Origin: Octopus sinensis
Lineage: Eukaryota
Assembly: GCF_006345805.1 (NCBI RefSeq)
Contig: NW_021823964.1
Coordinates: 1-22,355 of the forward strand
Reading direction: 5' to 3'
Length of the DNA stretch: 22,355 nucleotides
A model generated the notes under the pieces. That model saw only the letters and a list, made by a program, of their open reading frames with translations. It ran no database searches and was not told the origin of the DNA. The position numbers and the translations under genes are program-made. Shown piece by piece: positions 20,381 to 22,355 of this stretch (position 1 is the stretch's first letter; each line of letters begins with the position of its first letter).

Positions 20381-20514
20381 AATTTTTTCATTCTGCTGTG
20401 AAGAGCGTAAGCTCAAAACGTAAAAGACTTTCATTTTTCCCGGGCGTCAAACTGATACACCTGTTTGCTGTTCATACACCTGTCTTCGTCTTTTGTTTTT
20501 CTATAAATTTCAAC
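20381..20514 (+). mobile_element. Putative solo PLE terminal unit flanked by (TA)n, with a decayed hammerhead motif (20396-20422)
   Basis: CTG-TGA-A-GAGC-GTAA-GCTC-aAAAC-GT-A followed by a pyrimidine-rich 3' segment that runs into (TA)n. Confidence 0.55.
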
Positions 20515-20984
20515 TATATATATATATATATATATATATCAATGGGGGTTCTGCACTTCAAGTTTCAATATCCAACCCTATACTTCTCTTTCAAACGATA
20601 TTTGGAGCGATAAAAACCTCCTCATGCATAGAAATAAAGTAACGTGGTATACGACAGAGGTGGTTGGTTGGAACAGTAACAATAAAGTGATGGAGGAAGG
20701 GGAGATAAATTTAATCGTGGGAAGCACTACTAAAAAATGTATGAGCGAAGAAGATGAGAAGGAAAGAATTAGCATGAAATTAGTCATCCTAGTAGTAAAG
20801 GCTTTATGGAATTGATCATTAAGTTGAAGGTTATTTATATGAATAATAAATAAGATATTAGTTTAGTTGGTTTTCCGTTTTTGAAAGGAAATATTTTTTT
20901 CCTTCTCGTTTCTCTTTTTCTTTCGTTTTATGACCCTTGTTCTTAATGTTTACTGTGCGTAAGACATATGAAATATATTCCAGA

Positions 20985-21002
20985 CGTATATGTGTGTGTA
21001 TA

Positions 21003-21054
<52 letters not shown>

Positions 21055-21198
21055 TACATATATCTATATATATAAGATATATGATATATATTCATGTATA
21101 TATATATTATATTATAGGTATATATATTATATATATATATATATATGTACATATATATATGTATATATGTATATATATATACATGTATATACACACAC

Positions 21199-21233
<35 letters not shown>

Positions 21234-21610
21234 CATATATATGTATTAAAGTATATATATATATATAATATATATATTATGTTTGTATGTATTGTATTTT
21301 TGAGTGTGCATAAGCATAGGTGTATCTGTAAATTATCGATCTCTTCACACATGTGCATAAATTATTGAAAGCCTCATCAATATAAACTTCGCTTTTACTC
21401 ATTTTTACTTGTTTCACTCATTAGACTGCGGCCGGCCATGTGGCATCACCTCTCTATAAAATTTGTGTATACTTGTACTCTCATGAATACATTACAAGCA
21501 TTATATATGTATAGATATACGTATATACATATAAAATATATGTATATATATATATATTATAATATATATATATATATATATATATTACACACATATATAC
21601 ATATACGTAC
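20985..21610. repeat. (TA)n-dominated microsatellite field
   Basis: Directly visible. Confidence 0.95.
21392..21443 (-). mobile_element. 3'-tail fragment of SINE family C
   Basis: cttttactcatttttacttgtttcactcattagactgcggcc(ggcc)atgtgg matches 18651-18706 with a 4-bp duplication. Confidence 0.75.
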
Positions 21611-21679
21611 TACGCATTCAATTAGGCGTAATTTACGTAAATATATTAACCAAATCACCATAGGCTTTTAAACTAGCCA

Positions 21680-21720
21680 CAATAACAACAACAACAACAA
21701 CAATAATAATAATAATAATA

Positions 21721-21752
<32 letters not shown>

Positions 21753-21765
21753 AATAATAATAATG

Positions 21766-21810
<45 letters not shown>

Positions 21811-22355
21811 TAATAATAATAATAAAAATAATAGTAGCAATACCAATAACAAGAAGAACGGCAACAACAACAACAGCAGCGTTAATAATAATAGACATCA
21901 CCATTTTCTTATCTACACTTCCATCATAGCTTTAATAAACATACCCGTTATCATATTCTTATTGCTGTTGTGGCGCTGTATTATTATTATTATTATTATT
22001 ATTATTTATTATTATTATATTATATTATTATTATATTATTATTATTATTTATTATTATCATCATCATCATCGTCGTGGCCATCACAATCCTCCTCATGTT
22101 CGCCACCTCCGTCTTTGCTTACGCCTGTAGCTGAGATATAATTATAACCATTGCTAATGTTATCAACTAATCAAGCGTGCTAATTATATCATAATAAAAC
22201 TCATACATTAATCTAACAATCAATATCAATGTTTTCATAATTATAACTATAGCTGGATTAGCATAATCTTTATTGTTATCACACCACCACACCACCACCC
22301 AACACCATCATCATCCTCATCATCATCATCATATTATTATTATTATTATTATTAT
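21680..22355. repeat. (AAC)/(AAT)/(GAT) and (ATT)/(ATC)/(ACC) trinucleotide tracts
   Basis: Directly visible. Confidence 0.92.

Noticed and set aside
20540-20815. ~92-codon stop-free frame (…WSDKNLLMHRNKVTWYTTEVVGW…)
   Set aside because: It has no recognisable domain or splice signals, and this length is plausible by chance.
22061-22134. Hydrophobic peptide IIIVVAITILLMFATSVFAYACS
   Set aside because: It is a decayed (ATC)n-type triplet tract with no start or splice context.

Overview
This is AT-rich eukaryotic non-genic (intergenic or deep intronic) DNA. It is most likely cephalopod (Octopus-like). That call is an inference from the extreme microsatellite load and from tRNA-derived SINE families resembling those I recall from octopus. 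I found no intact host gene, rRNA, real tRNA gene or CRISPR array, and almost all ORFs in the track are translations of microsatellites. The window is a transposon graveyard. It holds a degraded Penelope-like element (PLE) with RT plus GIY-YIG (~6790-8190, -) and a second PLE remnant with GIY-YIG plus 3' end (~2800-3650, +). It also holds a mariner transposase pseudogene with 35-residue D-D spacing (17600-18541, -) and a TIR-bounded, internally deleted maT/DD37D-type element (19260-20239, +). There are about ten copies of one tRNA-SINE family, two other SINE families, and two copies of an unclassified ~480-bp element that sits inside (ATT)n. Most worth a second look are three decayed minimal hammerhead-ribozyme motifs of PLE type, two of them in short solo units flanked by (TA)n, the (ATT)n-embedded element, a Gly-rich minisatellite ORF broken at two noisy junctions, and a few compact regulatory-looking motifs (8-bp-phased TAATCC cluster, perfect DR4, CCAAT triplet).
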